A stretch of 51,276 nucleotides of DNA, filler included, from Jimgerdemannia flammicorona (lineage: Eukaryota): NCBI GenBank assembly GCA_003990765.1. It is 2 parts of 2 records of this genome, joined end to end, with 100 filler letters (N's around TTAATTAATTAA, not from the genome) between each part and the next. Parts side by side here need not be neighbours in the genome. Positions count along the whole stretch, not along the records: positions 25,689 to 51,276 come from RBNJ01000817.1; 1 more part is not named here. The stretch is one strand, 5' to 3'. Both the position numbers and the translations under genes were made by a program. The notes beneath the pieces were generated by a model. It searched no databases. It worked only from the letters and a program-made list of their open reading frames with translations, and was not told where the DNA came from. The number at the start of each line of letters is the position of its first letter. Within the stretch, counting starts at the first letter, position 1. Of this stretch, positions 49,101 to 51,276 are shown one piece after another.

Positions 49101-51276
49101 GTGACAGGAGGGAGTGGTATAACTGGTGGCCGATCATGCTGTTGAATATGGATAGGAAGCTAGTCTCCAAAATCCTGGCAGAGAAATTGCAGCAGTGGAT
49201 TGGAAGACTGATAGGGGAGGAGCAGAGGGGCTTTGTGAAGGGTTGGCAGATCAGGGACAGTACTGCCTAGGTGCAAAATGTCTTAGAAGGCTGTAGGAGT
49301 TAACAGATCAATAAGAGGATAGTCTTCTTGGATCAGGAGAAGGTATATAATAGGGTGCAGTAGCATTATCTAGAGGTGATACTCCAGAAAGTAGGGTTTG
49401 ATCTTGGAGAAGTTGGAAGGCTGATGAGACTAGTACAAGACTGTTAAGAAGCAGTACTGATGAATGGCTGGAGTAGTCTGGAGTTTGTCTTAGGAAGAGG
49501 GGTTCCACAAGGGGACCCTCTTTCTCCACTTCTTTACATTCTCTCACTGGAACCAGTGTTGGTCTGGCTAAGAGGATGGCTAAATAGATTGCAAATGAGT
49601 GAGGTAGTTTGGAAGCTGGGGGTCTTTGCAGATGATATGGTAGTAGGGCTTAGCAGTGTGGTGGATGTGGATACTTTAAGAAAAGGAATAGAACAGTATG
49701 AGGAGTTGGCAGGTACAAAGTTGAATTAGGGAAAGTATGAAACCTTAGAGCTTGGTACAGGCTTAGAGGTAGTGGGGCTTGGCCAAGTAGTACCTACAGG
49801 AGAGGCAGTATAGTACTTAGAGATATGGTTTTCAGTATTCAGGATAGTTTTGCTAAGAGAGTGGTGGGGTTCAATGGTATAGAAATGGAAAGGTATGCTG
49901 ACAGGCTGGGCTGATTGAAACCTCTCCCTGGTGGGGAGAGTGGTGGTCCTGAATGTGTACTGACTGCCAAAGTTGTGGTATCTGGGTTACCACTTAGATT
50001 TCCCTGGGTGAGTGGTGCAGCAACTCAAAAAGGCTATTGAAGGTTGGCTTTGAAGAGGTAGATGGCCACAGATTGGATGGGAAGCACTGGTACTGCCAAT
50101 TGCAGATGGAGGTTTGGAGTTGGTGGACTTTTGGTGAAGGTTGAAGGCACTTAGGGGCTAGTGGGGTTACTGATTAGTAGAGTTAGGGGAAGAAAGTTGG
50201 AGCAGATTGATAATAGACAATTGGGAGATCAGATTCTGTCCCTGGAGTGTAGAGAGAAAGGATTTGCAAGAACTACTTCAAGTTAGATCAGTGGGGAGGA
50301 TGAGGTTCAAAGGGTTCTGATGGGGTATTGTTGAGGCCTGGCTTATGATGGGACTAACAGGGCTAGAGGTGGAGACAATAGGAGAGGGGGCTGATCCTGA
50401 GCAGTGGTGGTAGCAACTTGGACTATTCAGAGTAGAAGAGAAGGAGCTGAAGGACTATTCTCTGGTAGAAGCTATGGAATGGGCCAGATCAGGCCCTCTT
50501 GAGCAGTGGCCAGTAGGATGGCAGACAGCTGGCATTGGCAAGATATGAGAATGGGGTTGAATTTGGAGATGGGTGGCTACTTTGAATAAGGTGGTATCTT
50601 CTAGATATTGGGTAGTTTGGTGGCAGTTCCTGAGAAGGAATGTAATGTTGAACTATCAGACAGAATGGATGGTGGTTGATGGGTGCAGAGATTGTGAATG
50701 GTGTTCTAAGATCTCTGGAGAAGTGGTTCAGACCCCAGAGTATATCATAGAGACCTGCCCAGGGGTGGAGAGTTATTGGTAGATACTAGAGGAGCATTGG
50801 AGTTCTGATAGAAGGAGGCCAGAAGATTCTGTCAGTGTAGTCACCTGGAGGAGACTGGTGGGGGAGGTTGGGGACATTTGGAGAGGTGTTGGGCAGATCT
50901 TGGGTATGTGGGTCTTAATGGCAGCACACTGGTGATGGGTCTTTGAAGGCAAATGTTGAATGAGAGTTGGGGACCTAGTGGAGCGATGGCACTGGCTGGT
51001 GAGAGAAGTAGTACAGGGTTGGTAGCACCAGGGGAGGTGGCAGGAATTGAGGGTGATAAAGAAGGTACAAGACATTGTGTTGGGGAGTCAGAGTCATTTG
51101 GTACTAGGTGAGAGTGGGGTACAGTGGAAAATCGGGGTGGGTTGATAGGCCCTATTAGGCTTATTTTGTCCTCATAGTGTGGAATAGATAGTTGGTGGGG
51201 TAAATTTGTGGTTTAATTCATATAGACTAGTGGAATAAAGGAGTCCAAGCAACTATAAAAAAAAAAAAAAAAAAAA
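46105..51276 (+). mobile_element. Near full-length degenerate L1/Tx1-like LINE
   Basis: ORF1 remnants from ~46210; ORF2 from ATG 47520 (MKYNLRILSINVNGL), endonuclease GGDFN, RT WWPIMLLNMDRK, EEQRGFVKG, GVPQGDPLSPLLY, FADD, C-terminal CEWC...ETCP; shared 3' motif and poly(A) at the window end. The 5' boundary is approximate. Confidence 0.92.

Overview
Eukaryotic genomic DNA, most likely from an early-diverging fungus (Mucoromycota-like). This is inferred from a fungal Mgm1 and RPS5 occurring together with MED23 and U12-type introns, which yeasts and other ascomycetes lack. The window has three zones. (1) A CpG-normal island of three intron-rich minus-strand housekeeping genes at ~2.0-14.3 kb: MED23 with one AT-AC and one GT-AG minor-spliceosome intron, MGM1 and RPS5. 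(2) A nested transposon graveyard at ~14.4-38.7 kb, plus 1-1.9 kb and 46.1-51.3 kb. It holds five L1/Tx1-like LINE copies sharing a 3' hairpin, and a ~10.5 kb Ty3/gypsy element with a dUTPase and an unexplained Cys/His-rich insert. An artificial N/TTAATTAATTAA scaffold linker lies at 25589-25688. (3) An accessory island at ~38.9-46.0 kb with an F-box gene, a frameshifted BTB-SPRY gene and a frameshifted TM-mucin-MIR gene. The strongest signal is repeat-restricted C>T/G>A hypermutation. By manual alignment the two LTRs differ by 25 substitutions, all transitions, 14 of them at CpA/TpG. This is a RIP-like pattern in a lineage where RIP is not established. All coordinates and counts were derived by eye.
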